IMG/VR virus record: IMGVR_UViG_3300029945_000001 | Span: 124,001 to 188,000 of that record | Length of the DNA: 64,000 bases | Reading direction: 5' to 3' (one strand) | Shown: positions 49,453 through 59,924 of the stretch, in pieces | How the letters are laid out: each line of letters begins with the position of its first letter | Position numbering within the stretch: the first letter of the stretch is position 1 | Notes under the pieces: generated by a model | Seen by the model: only the letters and a program-made list of their open reading frames with translations | Database searches by the model: none | Told to the model about the DNA's origin: nothing | Translations under genes and position numbers: made by a program

Positions 49453-50496
49453 TTAAACGAGTTCATTGATTGAAACACCAGTATTGACCAATAATTTATT
49501 AACAGAATCATAAGCAAATGACAAGACACATATTCCTGTTAATGTAGGAATAGATCCTTGAGGAAAGAATATGTTTGTAGACCAATTAGGACTATAACCA
49601 TTTGAGTAAATCATTAACTGATATGTAGCATTTGGAACAGGATTACAAAATGCTATATTGCAGTTTCCTACTAATGTAACATTAGCACTCTGCCACATAC
49701 TTAAATCCCAAGTTATATTTGATGAAAACTGTATAGGACCTCCGGCTGGAGCCTGTACGGCTTTCCAAGTGTTAGGTTTATCCAGTTTCGCAGTTTTTTC
49801 TAACTGACCATATATCTGTATTGCTGTTAAGTAATTACTTAGAGTACTGGACAATGTATTTGTTGATACATAATTCTGTAATGCAGATGAAATAGAGTCA
49901 TTCATAAAATCTGTTGTAGAATACTCACTTATTATTGAATCGAAAGACGATATTGATAAATATTCTTGCAAAGTAGACGCCAATATAATGGATGTTACAT
50001 AGTCAGTAAGAGTTTCGGCTAAGACTACATTTGTTACATAATTATTTAAAGTATCTGTAAGATCGGCTGTTTTTACATAGTTTCCAATAGTACTAAGAAA
50101 TATATTAGTTGTGACAAATGTATCTGCCGTACCACTAATGGCTCCAGATAATTCATCATAGAGTGTTTGTAATGCAGCCGTTACCCATTTTGTATTTGCA
50201 GCATATAAACTATTATCTCCACTAGGAGGGGTAGGGACTTCAACACTGTTTTGAAAAATAGGATCTTTAATAGGAGCATATGATGAGACATCTCCCAATG
50301 CAATAAGGTCAGCAACAGTAATTATAACAGGAAGATCTCCGTATAGGGAAGTACCATCGCCTAATTTTATATTTCCATCTGATGAAATAACAACAAGACC
50401 ATAAGGAATAGCAACATTAACATTTGACCATGTTTGATCACTACTTGCTATTCTTTGTATTAATCCATTAATAGGAATAACATTTGGTTCTGTCAT
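49453..50496 (-). CDS. Tail fibre protein with Mtd_N-like N-terminus (paralogue)
   Basis: KLGDG.S.Y.DL; L.NYVT repeats; start moved to MTEPN after the AAGGA RBS. Confidence 0.75.
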   Translation of the reverse strand: MTEPNVIPINGLIQRIASSDQTWSNVNVAIPYGLVVISSDGNIKLGDGTSLYGDLPVIITVADLIALGDVSSYAPIKDPIFQNSVEVPTPPSGDNSLYAANTKWVTAALQTLYDELSGAISGTADTFVTTNIFLSTIGNYVKTADLTDTLNNYVTNVVLAETLTDYVTSIILASTLQEYLSISSFDSIISEYSTTDFMNDSISSALQNYVSTNTLSSTLSNYLTAIQIYGQLEKTAKLDKPNTWKAVQAPAGGPIQFSSNITWDLSMWQSANVTLVGNCNIAFCNPVPNATYQLMIYSNGYSPNWSTNIFFPQGSIPTLTGICVLSFAYDSVNKLLVNTGVSINELV

Positions 50497-50619
50497 AGAA
50501 AAATCCTTCCTTAATACAGGTAGAAAATTATTCATACTATGGCTTAAAATACGTCATATATTTTATTATATAACTTTTAACATCCTATAGTAATTTTCTC
50601 AAATTATGGAGTTATTTAT

Positions 50620-52386
50620 ATGCCATTTAGAGATACCAAAATAGAAGAATCAGTCATTCAAATATTTGATCCTGTTATTGAACAAGTCGTTCGAGGTATG
50701 CTTATTCGCTTAGGTTTGTATGAAAAGGTAAGAGATTATATTTCTATTACTACAGATTATAGATCTGCTTCTAAGACATCGGATGATTATCATAATGCAT
50801 TATTAACAAGTGATCGCTGCGATGTTTCAGTCGAGTATAACTTAAATCCTTCAGATACAAAGTGGGAGAATTTAAAGTTTAAGCATGTCAATCCTGCTTA
50901 TTATGCTATAAAAAATACTCAACATGGTATCTTCTATGATAAGTTTGCTGATATAAAGATTGTTGAAATAGATCTTCCTGCATCGATTCAGCTCAATTTT
51001 GCTATTACATATAAGAATACTCAAGATGCATATAGTGTTTTAAATACACTATATCTTTTAAATCCAAAAGATACAACTTTTAACTTTACAGATGTTGTTT
51101 ATCATTATCCCATTAATAGTGATTTACTTTATATATTAAATACGATTTACAATATGCTCGAGTTAGATCAGACAAAACTACCATTTGAAGATTACATTAA
51201 TAAATTTTCTGACAACGCATTGACTAAATTAGTTTCTAGAGATGGAACACAGGAACAATATGTCATCAAAAGAAAGTTATTAAATATTTTAGGAACATTT
51301 GATATTCAACAGTCAAAACCAGAACCTAATAATCTAGAAGAATCCCTTGATTCATTTACTATTAATTTCACATATACTTTTCAGTTCAATAATCCTATCT
51401 TATTAAGAGCATGTTTTCCAAGTGTTATAAATAATAAACTTATCCCGACATATATGATCCCACCATATAAAGAAACATACTTTCCAGCATTGGCAGGAAT
51501 CTATCAAGAGAAATGTATTAATAGTTTTTTGAATAATAATAAATCTTTACCAAATCCTGTATTACGAATTCCAATCTGGAATGATTTTGTTGTCCCAGAT
51601 TCTCTTTCCAAATTCTATAAATTTCAGCCATTTTTTATATCTGTTGTATTGTTAGATGATGGTGATGTGACTAATATCCCATTACAAGAATTACCGGACG
51701 ACTTAAAGTTTCATGATATTGTTATAGGATTAATGAAAGAACACGGTCCTGAAATTTTTGATAATACTGGCTTGTTAAATATATCTGTATATTGTAATGG
51801 TGTTCTTGTTGATAAAAGTAAATTGTCTATAGATAATGAGCTTAATCTACTTATTAATGTTTCGAATAGAAGAGCACAATATCAGCTCGTTGTATCAGAA
51901 TGCACATCTTTTAATTTTATTTCACAAAAATGGATACCTTATTTAATAAGATACAAAAGTTTCTTTCCATTATTGATTTGTAGGAATCTTAATAGTATTT
52001 TGAAATTAGGTCATTTTAGATTAGTTCACAATGAAAGATTATTATCTATCATGAAGAATTTATTGAATAGTGGAGGAATGGATAATATCTTAAATGAATT
52101 CATTGAGAATGGAAAGTGTACAGAATCTATCTATGGCTATACGACTTCTGCCGAACAATTATTGGATTATATGACATCTGTGGGTAATGATAAAGGATCT
52201 ACTATTTTTGATACGTTCTTGTTATACTGTATGAATAATTGTATTTTAACAACAAGAGATATTGAACCACTAGATATCATGAGTTCGCCTAATAAAAACT
52301 ATTTAATTCGTGGTGTAAATACAATGAACTCTGGTTCTATTAATCTTCCATTGCGAGCTTTTAATACTAATATTTATATAGATTAA
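50620..52386 (+). CDS. Conserved jumbo-phage virion protein (tentatively phiKZ gp98-like)
   Basis: First gene of a four-gene block whose sizes and order recall phiKZ gp98-101 (from memory). Confidence 0.5.
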   Translation: MPFRDTKIEESVIQIFDPVIEQVVRGMLIRLGLYEKVRDYISITTDYRSASKTSDDYHNALLTSDRCDVSVEYNLNPSDTKWENLKFKHVNPAYYAIKNTQHGIFYDKFADIKIVEIDLPASIQLNFAITYKNTQDAYSVLNTLYLLNPKDTTFNFTDVVYHYPINSDLLYILNTIYNMLELDQTKLPFEDYINKFSDNALTKLVSRDGTQEQYVIKRKLLNILGTFDIQQSKPEPNNLEESLDSFTINFTYTFQFNNPILLRACFPSVINNKLIPTYMIPPYKETYFPALAGIYQEKCINSFLNNNKSLPNPVLRIPIWNDFVVPDSLSKFYKFQPFFISVVLLDDGDVTNIPLQELPDDLKFHDIVIGLMKEHGPEIFDNTGLLNISVYCNGVLVDKSKLSIDNELNLLINVSNRRAQYQLVVSECTSFNFISQKWIPYLIRYKSFFPLLICRNLNSILKLGHFRLVHNERLLSIMKNLLNSGGMDNILNEFIENGKCTESIYGYTTSAEQLLDYMTSVGNDKGSTIFDTFLLYCMNNCILTTRDIEPLDIMSSPNKNYLIRGVNTMNSGSINLPLRAFNTNIYID

Positions 52387-52451
52387 AAAATCAAACTTCT
52401 GTAAGAGAGGCAAAACCTCTCTTACAAGAAAACAGATAGAAAGGTGAAAAT

Positions 52452-53780
52452 ATGCCACTTCCTACTGGAAAAGGTATCCCTCCGGTTATTACAGATGGAT
52501 CACAATCTCCTGGACAAGATCCAGTTGTTGCATTAGATAAAGTAAAGTATGTAAAAGATACTTTTATTACAAGAACTGCTATTGATCCAAAAACATATGC
52601 TGAAGAATATGGTAATTTATTAGGATATATTAAAGGATCGTATGTTATAGTTACATATTACAATAACGATACTGTATCAGATCTAAAATCTCAGACTATT
52701 GATCAGACAACAATTTCAAATACGATTCATGAATCATATACTAAAATTAATAAAATGGAATTGATCTTTTCAGAACAACTTCAATTTAGTTATGATAAGG
52801 ATAGAAATGTTTCTATTATCAGTGGTGTTGCTTTAGTATATCCTGGCATTGTCCCTATAAAAGGGGATTTATTTATTATGACATTAAACGATGGTAAATC
52901 CGGTATTATGCATATTGGTTCGGTTGAACGTATTGGTTATAGACAAGGAGCGTTTCATAAAGTTACATTTACACAGAGATATTACGCAGAAGATGATTCT
53001 TTTGCTAAAATAGAAGCAAGTGTTTCTAATACTGTAAATTTTGTAAAGTCTACATTTCTTGGAGATAGTACAACATTATTAAAAACAGATCAGTTTAATC
53101 AATTAAAAAGATTAGAAGCTATTAAAGATACAATTATTAAATATTATTATACTAGATATTTTAGATCTGATATTGGCAGTATCATGCATCCTTCACCAGA
53201 AAACTATTATGATCCTTATTTGGTTAATTTCTTAACAAGTAGAATAAGTATTAGACAGTCTATTAATAGAGCAAAACAATTATATCCATCATTACCGTAT
53301 TATGAATTTTCTATATGGGATATGTTCAATGATAAATTTAATACCGATGTTACAATCCTTATGAATAATTTTTCTTTTTATCAGTTAACCCCAACATACT
53401 TTGATGCAAACATTACATCGCTTATTAATCAGAAATTTATTATTTTATCAAATCCGAATGATATCCAAACTCCATTAACAGGATCTATTGATGGTGATGA
53501 ACTGATCGGTTATTCGATGTATAAGAATTCAACTAAGATAAGTGAAGATTCTTATTATATCTTTAGTAAAGCTTTTTATGATGCAGAAATTGATAAGATG
53601 AACGATTTAGAGAAATTAGTTTATGATACAATTACTAATAAGTCTGTAACGGATATTACATCATTTTTAGATATAGTTACAGTATATAACAAGCTATCGC
53701 TCAGTGATGGTTTTTATACCATTCCTATTTATATGTGGCTTATTGATATGGCTATTGCGACTCTAACTATAAAGGATTAA
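52452..53780 (+). CDS. Conserved virion structural protein (tentatively gp99-like)
   Basis: V.YY, YPG..P..GD.F and YDPY motifs; synteny. Confidence 0.55.
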   Translation: MPLPTGKGIPPVITDGSQSPGQDPVVALDKVKYVKDTFITRTAIDPKTYAEEYGNLLGYIKGSYVIVTYYNNDTVSDLKSQTIDQTTISNTIHESYTKINKMELIFSEQLQFSYDKDRNVSIISGVALVYPGIVPIKGDLFIMTLNDGKSGIMHIGSVERIGYRQGAFHKVTFTQRYYAEDDSFAKIEASVSNTVNFVKSTFLGDSTTLLKTDQFNQLKRLEAIKDTIIKYYYTRYFRSDIGSIMHPSPENYYDPYLVNFLTSRISIRQSINRAKQLYPSLPYYEFSIWDMFNDKFNTDVTILMNNFSFYQLTPTYFDANITSLINQKFIILSNPNDIQTPLTGSIDGDELIGYSMYKNSTKISEDSYYIFSKAFYDAEIDKMNDLEKLVYDTITNKSVTDITSFLDIVTVYNKLSLSDGFYTIPIYMWLIDMAIATLTIKD

Positions 53781-53785
53781 TTATC

Positions 53786-54484
53786 ATGCAACGAAGCATG
53801 CCGCGTATTTATAATTCATTCACTGATCATATCAATATGGCATTATACGATTTAAGAGTTCCTAGTACAACAGCCAATGTACCACAAGCTGTTCTAGATG
53901 GTGATTTTTTAGCGATGCCATCTGTTCTAGATTCTTTCTTTTGTAACCACGATGAGATCGATGAAGCTGATGAAGAAACAGGATTATTGAGAACTGTATA
54001 TGAAGATATTAGTGAGACTTTTTTTACAAGAAGAACAATTAACAATATGGTTCAATTTAATAAATCTAAAATATTATTTACGATTGTGAACGATATGGAT
54101 GTATTATACATTCTTCACAATATCGATGGTTATTTAAGAGAAATTAAAAATCTATTAAATGAAACAGAAGTCAGAGAGTATGTAAGAGATCTTATTTTTC
54201 TAAGAGAAAATATTGTTACATTGGCTAAGAGAGTTCTAAATATTCATAAAGACTGGAAAGAAAAATATATTAAAAATACTAATGCTGCTACTGCAATTGC
54301 TATGTTTTCTGGTGAAAATCCAGATGATATTATTTCTGCTATTTTTGCATGTCCTATTAATATTAAAGCACTGGAAGCTATGGATAAAAAGAAGAATATT
54401 ATCCTAGAAAAAGATCCTACTATAAATGTCGACCCATTAGAAAATGACAAATCTTCATCAAGTAACTTTAGTTCATATATTTAA
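53786..54484 (+). CDS. Hypothetical protein (tentatively gp100-like)
   Basis: Synteny only. Confidence 0.5.
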   Translation: MQRSMPRIYNSFTDHINMALYDLRVPSTTANVPQAVLDGDFLAMPSVLDSFFCNHDEIDEADEETGLLRTVYEDISETFFTRRTINNMVQFNKSKILFTIVNDMDVLYILHNIDGYLREIKNLLNETEVREYVRDLIFLRENIVTLAKRVLNIHKDWKEKYIKNTNAATAIAMFSGENPDDIISAIFACPINIKALEAMDKKKNIILEKDPTINVDPLENDKSSSSNFSSYI

Positions 54485-54499
54485 AATGGAGTTGGATGT

Positions 54500-55852
54500 A
54501 TGTCTACAACATTAAGTCCGGCTATGCAGCTGGCTATGAATTCAGTTATTGCATCACAGAAAACAAATGAATTCATTGTAGATTTTACAATTTTAAATGA
54601 TGATGATGCTACTTATAAATACTCACCAGAAATTATTGATAAAATTGTTATTGGATGTAAATATATTGAAACTATTACAGATGCTATCTATATTTACTTT
54701 AAAGTAGCTCCTACTGATTATATCAATCTTTATAAAAACCTATCTAATATTAGAATAAGTATGGTATTAACTTATAAAGATCCCATTACTGGAGAAAAAG
54801 ATTATACAAAAAATCCTATTAAGATATCTGGAATTGCTATGTTAAAGAACCCCAAAGACCTTTATAAAGAATATAGCCCAGAACAATTACATCCTACAGA
54901 TCAAGTTTCAAAAGTAGAATCTCATGTTAGTTTAAAAATACCTGTAGAACTACATGTTGTTAACTTTAATTTATATGCTATTAAGCAGATACAATTTCAT
55001 ACTACCTTTACAAAGACATATATAAATGATGCATTAGGTCATATTGCTAAAGCATTAAATATTTCAAATATGGAAATAAAACAGTCAGATAATACATACC
55101 AGTGGGAATATATTGTCATTCCTCCTGCTTATGATATTTCTAATATATTTACATTTCTTCAGAATAAATATGGTGTCTATAATAAAGGATGTTGTTGGTA
55201 TTATACAAATGATGATGTTTTGTATGTATATCCATCATTTGAGACAAATCCTAATAATCAAAATATTGCAAAGATTTATAATGTTCCAGATTCTGTTATT
55301 AAAGGTTCTAAAAATTATCACAAGATAACAAATGATGTTATTGAAATCGTTAGTAATAGTAAAGTTAGTCACGTCGATAAATCACAACATAGTGCCGAAA
55401 ACGGCGCTACTAGTTACAGCTTTGTTAGACAATCTTCTATATTAGATAATTTTGTTAATAATGATAGTGGTCAATCTTCTGCTAGTGTTAATAATACATT
55501 GACTGTAGCTACTGCTAAAAATAGAACTCTCTCATCCATCAATAATAATAATGATAAATTTATTCAAAACGCATCAGACAACTTATGTATGTATAGTAGT
55601 AGAATAGCTGAAGGAGATTGTTCTATGATCTCCTGTGAATGGTTCCAATGTATTCCTCTTTATTTTAGACCAGGACATCGAATAGAATATTACTTTGATA
55701 ATAATGGAGCATTCTCAAAACAGACGGGTATATTAGATGGAGTTATTTACAAGATAGAACCTGTAAAAAGACAATCGAGTGAACTTAGTTATTCTGCAAA
55801 AGCAAAGATGGTAATAAGAGCTTCGTCCGATATAACAGCATTGATATCGTAG
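54500..55852 (+). CDS. Putative baseplate hub-like virion protein (tentatively gp101-like)
   Basis: DN......I.IP......I..FLQ.KYGVY..G...YY and W.......PG motifs; synteny. Confidence 0.55.
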   Translation: MSTTLSPAMQLAMNSVIASQKTNEFIVDFTILNDDDATYKYSPEIIDKIVIGCKYIETITDAIYIYFKVAPTDYINLYKNLSNIRISMVLTYKDPITGEKDYTKNPIKISGIAMLKNPKDLYKEYSPEQLHPTDQVSKVESHVSLKIPVELHVVNFNLYAIKQIQFHTTFTKTYINDALGHIAKALNISNMEIKQSDNTYQWEYIVIPPAYDISNIFTFLQNKYGVYNKGCCWYYTNDDVLYVYPSFETNPNNQNIAKIYNVPDSVIKGSKNYHKITNDVIEIVSNSKVSHVDKSQHSAENGATSYSFVRQSSILDNFVNNDSGQSSASVNNTLTVATAKNRTLSSINNNNDKFIQNASDNLCMYSSRIAEGDCSMISCEWFQCIPLYFRPGHRIEYYFDNNGAFSKQTGILDGVIYKIEPVKRQSSELSYSAKAKMVIRASSDITALIS

Positions 55853-55873
55853 AAATCGAGAAAGGGGGGTCTT

Positions 55874-56326
55874 ATGATGGACGATTTTATAGAATATTTA
55901 ATTAATTGTATGCGACTAAATACAGTAGACAAAGCTGGTTATATTGATGATATTAATGAGATACTTACAACTATTAATAAAAAATCACCGATCTATCAAA
56001 CTTGTTTATTGTCTAAGAAAGATAAAGGTAAGAACATTTCAATGTATATCCTTGTTATAAATTATTGCATAGATCCAAATATAGCATCTGTTTACATTAT
56101 GAATAATAACTCTAACAGTTATAATTATGCCGAGTTGTACACAACAGTTCTTAATAATATCAATGATTATAAGAATGCTAATATAGATACAAGTATACAT
56201 TATTTTGTTGTTGTTGATAAGTTTAAGAATATTGAAGAATTTGTCGATACTATTCATATTCAAAATATGAATAATCTCTTAGTACATAATGCATTATATC
56301 ACAGAAAACACTTTATGGTACATTAA
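55874..56326 (+). CDS. Hypothetical protein
   Basis: 150-aa ORF with RBS. Confidence 0.65.
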   Translation: MMDDFIEYLINCMRLNTVDKAGYIDDINEILTTINKKSPIYQTCLLSKKDKGKNISMYILVINYCIDPNIASVYIMNNNSNSYNYAELYTTVLNNINDYKNANIDTSIHYFVVVDKFKNIEEFVDTIHIQNMNNLLVHNALYHRKHFMVH

Positions 56327-56757
56327 TGGCTATCTTTGATACATTTGATATTCTTGGTGATGTTCTTTCTAAAGATAAATTTAATTATTATACATTTAAT
56401 TTTGGTAGAATTATTGATAAAAAATATAGTATTGAAAACTTAAAAGTTATCAGACCTATAGCATCGGACAAATATGATATCATAGTTTTAACATTAGAAA
56501 CTGTAGAAAAATTTATATTAGTCGTAACAGTAAATAGATCTATTAGTGATTTTAAATATGATGTATCAGAAGTAACGAAATCTATTTATAGTTTTGTTAA
56601 TGATTACAACACTGATAATGATTACGTATTTGTTTATAATGCTGAAACAAATAACTTTAATAAATCAATAGGCGACCTTTATTTTTCATTAGAACAATAT
56701 GACAATTGGTTAAAACAAATGATAGATACTGTGAAGAGATTTACTATCTCTATTTAG
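56326..56757 (+). CDS. Hypothetical protein
   Basis: Coupled to the upstream ORF by TAATG. Confidence 0.65.
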   Translation: MAIFDTFDILGDVLSKDKFNYYTFNFGRIIDKKYSIENLKVIRPIASDKYDIIVLTLETVEKFILVVTVNRSISDFKYDVSEVTKSIYSFVNDYNTDNDYVFVYNAETNNFNKSIGDLYFSLEQYDNWLKQMIDTVKRFTISI

Positions 56758-56758
56758 C

Positions 56759-56792
56759 GTATGAAGGGATGGCCTAGGCCATCCCTTCATAC
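56759..56792. terminator. Perfect 34-bp palindrome between convergent genes
   Basis: GTATGAAGGGATGGCCTAGGCCATCCCTTCATAC. Confidence 0.8.
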
Positions 56793-57956
56793 ATCTTGAT
56801 CTTTCATCAATGTAAATATATTGAATGTTAATTCATGTTCTATCAATTTTCGTGTATTCTCTATTTTACAATTTGACCAGAACTTATTACCTATGAGAAT
56901 AGGGATATCTCTATTCATAGCCTTCATTAAATTCTGGCTATGTACAGTATCCCGTTGTAGAAAATATGTATACATAATGATCTCTAAGTATCTATAGTCT
57001 CTTAAGAATTCCATCCAATTATATTGTCTTAAGTTTTTAATATAACAATATTTTAAAATATGTTTTATATAAGATACAAAATCTCTATCTCCTAGTCTTA
57101 AACTATTAAGAAACATATCGCTTCTTAATGATTTCTCTTTTACTAATTTTATATTTGTAACCATTTCTTCTATAAATAAATTATATTCACTTCCTCTAAA
57201 TCCAAAGAATTGATCTTTTGCAACTTCTTTTGTATAATCATAATTATCATTGAAATAAGCATCTCTTAGTAATGACTGGTACTGATTTATCAACCAGTTA
57301 TTCATGAGATCATCTAACATAAAACATAATACATATCTGTGAATATAATTAGAAACATTGTCATCTGTTTTCTGTAGATTAAAGGTCTTTAAATAATTAA
57401 CAAACTGTAGACCTAAAGCAACAACATCAATACCAATAACAATATGAGAAGGACATTGTTCTTTGAATATTATCTTATCTAGATAAGTATTAAAAGTTAA
57501 CTCATTACTCTTTATATCCATTATACGAACGGGACGAATATGTTTCCACATATCCCATCCTTGTTCAAATGGTAATGTTTGTAAAGGATCTGTACTTTCG
57601 ATTGGAATAATGTATTCATTACATCTACCTTTGTCAGAACTCACAAAACTATTTATTCTAATAGTATTTGTTTCATTCATATCAAATATACTTTCTAATT
57701 GATCTTTGTCATTTAACATAACATCAAAGTATCTAGAAACATCAGTTTTTCTTTTAAGTACCATATTCTCTACATCCATATCTAACAAGATTTTCTTTAT
57801 AAGTTTAATAGCACCACTTTCAAAACTATTAGAATATAAAAACCTTTTATAAATAAGATTCTTTCTTACATTTAAACTATTTATATACATATTTGTTTTT
57901 GGAAATACTTTTCCATTTAAATGTGGTAAATATGTTTGCATAGATCGAAATAACAT
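56787..57956 (-). CDS. Conserved jumbo-phage protein divergent from the chimallin gene
   Basis: 389 aa; W..IRPVR..I.IDV..L..Q motifs; position as phiKZ gp52. Confidence 0.55.
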   Translation of the reverse strand: MLFRSMQTYLPHLNGKVFPKTNMYINSLNVRKNLIYKRFLYSNSFESGAIKLIKKILLDMDVENMVLKRKTDVSRYFDVMLNDKDQLESIFDMNETNTIRINSFVSSDKGRCNEYIIPIESTDPLQTLPFEQGWDMWKHIRPVRIMDIKSNELTFNTYLDKIIFKEQCPSHIVIGIDVVALGLQFVNYLKTFNLQKTDDNVSNYIHRYVLCFMLDDLMNNWLINQYQSLLRDAYFNDNYDYTKEVAKDQFFGFRGSEYNLFIEEMVTNIKLVKEKSLRSDMFLNSLRLGDRDFVSYIKHILKYCYIKNLRQYNWMEFLRDYRYLEIIMYTYFLQRDTVHSQNLMKAMNRDIPILIGNKFWSNCKIENTRKLIEHELTFNIFTLMKDQDV

Positions 57957-58188
57957 AAACCATTTCCTCTCTAAAAGAGTTAATCATATAATAGATTTTT
58001 AAATGATACTTTTATTGTAAAAAAATAAATGTGAATATAATATTGTGTAGAGACTTCGCCGAGAAATCGGTGATTTCTTAGAGGGATATATATGTCGCAT
58101 TTTTCAAACGAAATGTGAACATATATTATTTATTTGGTTATAACCATGTTCCTTGTCGACGAGGAACACAAGTAAAAGGGACTAAAAA

Positions 58189-59775
58189 ATGTCTAGTGTT
58201 TCCGGTTTTGGTACTCAGGAAAGCGATTCTCCCAAGGCTCCGCAGGGCGAAAAGCAGGCTCCTGGTTTCAGCAATTCTCAGCAGGAAAAGAAGCGTTCTC
58301 TCCTGCACAGTTCATTGTCCGAATTTGACAGCTTCTCGACGCAGTCCCCGCAGCTATCGAAGTTCGTCGAGCGTATGGAAAAGGAAATCCCCGGCGCCAA
58401 GGTCGTTCGCATCCCTGAGCCGTCCAACACTCTGGCGGTGATGGTCGACAACATGTTCTATGTTCTGCTGTTCCCCGACATGGGCGTTCAGTTCGGAACT
58501 CTTGAATTCAAGCGCAAGGCGTTCATCGCTTATTTCCCGAGCGTTCGCAAGCGCCTCGAAGCTGATTTCGCGAATTGCACCATCATTCAGAATGCCATCG
58601 TCATTCCCGAAGACTACCAGAACGAAACTCGCGTCGGCGCCATCATCGCCCATCTGCGGTCTACGTTCTCGGCGAACAAGCCTGGCAATCTGGATGTCTA
58701 CGGGTCGATCAGCTTCTTCAAGGGTTCGACCTTGACGATCTCGACGTCGTTGGCTGAAGTCCACAACTACTACGATCGCCATTGGCCGTTCGTGACCAAG
58801 CCGCGTTTCGACTACGGCATCGTTGTCAGCTCTCCTGTTCGTGACGAACTGTCGGTCTCCAACAACGAACCGACGGAACCGAAACAGCTGTTCGTCGTCG
58901 GCGGCTACACCAGCTTCGTTCGGACCAATCCTCCGAACAACTCATTGGCTCGCGAAAAGCTTCCGCATGTTCTGGCTCCGATCGTGCACATTTCTTCTGT
59001 GTTCTCGATCATGCCGATCAATGCCTTCGCTCCTCTCGCCATCGGCCTGGGTGGGTCGAAGTTCCTCTATGATGGTCTGTGGCTGTCGCCTTATACTTCA
59101 TTCGAAAGCGGAAAGCCGAACCTCGGCCGCCTGATGCCGGATGTTCTGGACAACAGCCGCAATGAACTGATGTCGTGCGACAACATGGACGACGTTAAGC
59201 AGTTCGTCCAGATCGCCTGCTTGACTCCTGTTCTGGCTATCGATAACATCCCTGGCGTTCCGACGCTGTCCATGCTCAAGCTGTTCATGGACGATGGCAA
59301 CAACAAGCGGGTCATCGATGCCTTCAGTGACTTTATGGGCAAGCCGTATGATGGCAATAGCGACATCTTTTCGGTCGCTTCGACGGTCATCACCGGCATC
59401 GTCAACTACCCTGACAGCCCGACCGATAGTCGCGTCGTCGACTATATGTCACTGGTCAGCGGTAAGGGATATCCTGCTGAGGAAATCTCGAACCTGCTGG
59501 ACGTCTATGAGAACCAGCATTACCAGGCTTCGATTGTCGCCAAGCATTCGAAGTTCATTCCGCTGTCGTACAACATTGTCAGCATCCTGAAGCCGTCTTT
59601 TGTGCAGGCCCTGGTCAATGCTATCAACAACGGCGTGACCATCAAGCAGTCCAACAGCAATACCAGCAGCAGTAACACCAACTGGCTGATCGATATGGCC
59701 AAGGGCTATAGCGAGGCTCGTCTGAGCATGGGTGCCAATACTGTCGAAGGTGGTCTCGGCGGCATGTACCTGTAA
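58189..59775 (+). CDS. chmA: Chimallin (phage nucleus shell protein) candidate
   Basis: GC3-rich; immediately upstream of the nvRNAP beta'-N gene as in phiKZ gp54-gp55; P.V.IS, W..P..NLG.L, AID..G and DSR.VDY motifs; flexible termini. Confidence 0.72.
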   Translation: MSSVSGFGTQESDSPKAPQGEKQAPGFSNSQQEKKRSLLHSSLSEFDSFSTQSPQLSKFVERMEKEIPGAKVVRIPEPSNTLAVMVDNMFYVLLFPDMGVQFGTLEFKRKAFIAYFPSVRKRLEADFANCTIIQNAIVIPEDYQNETRVGAIIAHLRSTFSANKPGNLDVYGSISFFKGSTLTISTSLAEVHNYYDRHWPFVTKPRFDYGIVVSSPVRDELSVSNNEPTEPKQLFVVGGYTSFVRTNPPNNSLAREKLPHVLAPIVHISSVFSIMPINAFAPLAIGLGGSKFLYDGLWLSPYTSFESGKPNLGRLMPDVLDNSRNELMSCDNMDDVKQFVQIACLTPVLAIDNIPGVPTLSMLKLFMDDGNNKRVIDAFSDFMGKPYDGNSDIFSVASTVITGIVNYPDSPTDSRVVDYMSLVSGKGYPAEEISNLLDVYENQHYQASIVAKHSKFIPLSYNIVSILKPSFVQALVNAINNGVTIKQSNSNTSSSNTNWLIDMAKGYSEARLSMGANTVEGGLGGMYL

Positions 59776-59792
59776 GTTCGTTTCTGGAATGT

Positions 59793-59838
59793 ATGGTAGG
59801 GGTCGAAAGATCCCTACCATCATTTCTTTTATTTTTCT
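59793..59838 (+). terminator. Terminator after chmA
   Basis: ATGGTAGGGGTC-GAAA-GATCCCTACCAT plus T tract. Confidence 0.8.
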
Positions 59839-59924
59839 TAATTGAGGTTAATTATAAATTATGATATTATCTTTAGATAATATACATATATATTACATTT
59901 TTGCATACATACAGAGGGGATCAA

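Noticed and set aside
46351-50535. Diversity-generating retroelement suggested by Mtd_N-like domains and a duplicated C-terminus
   Set aside because: No reverse transcriptase in the window; the two C-termini are similar only at protein level, not an adenine-specific TR/VR pair
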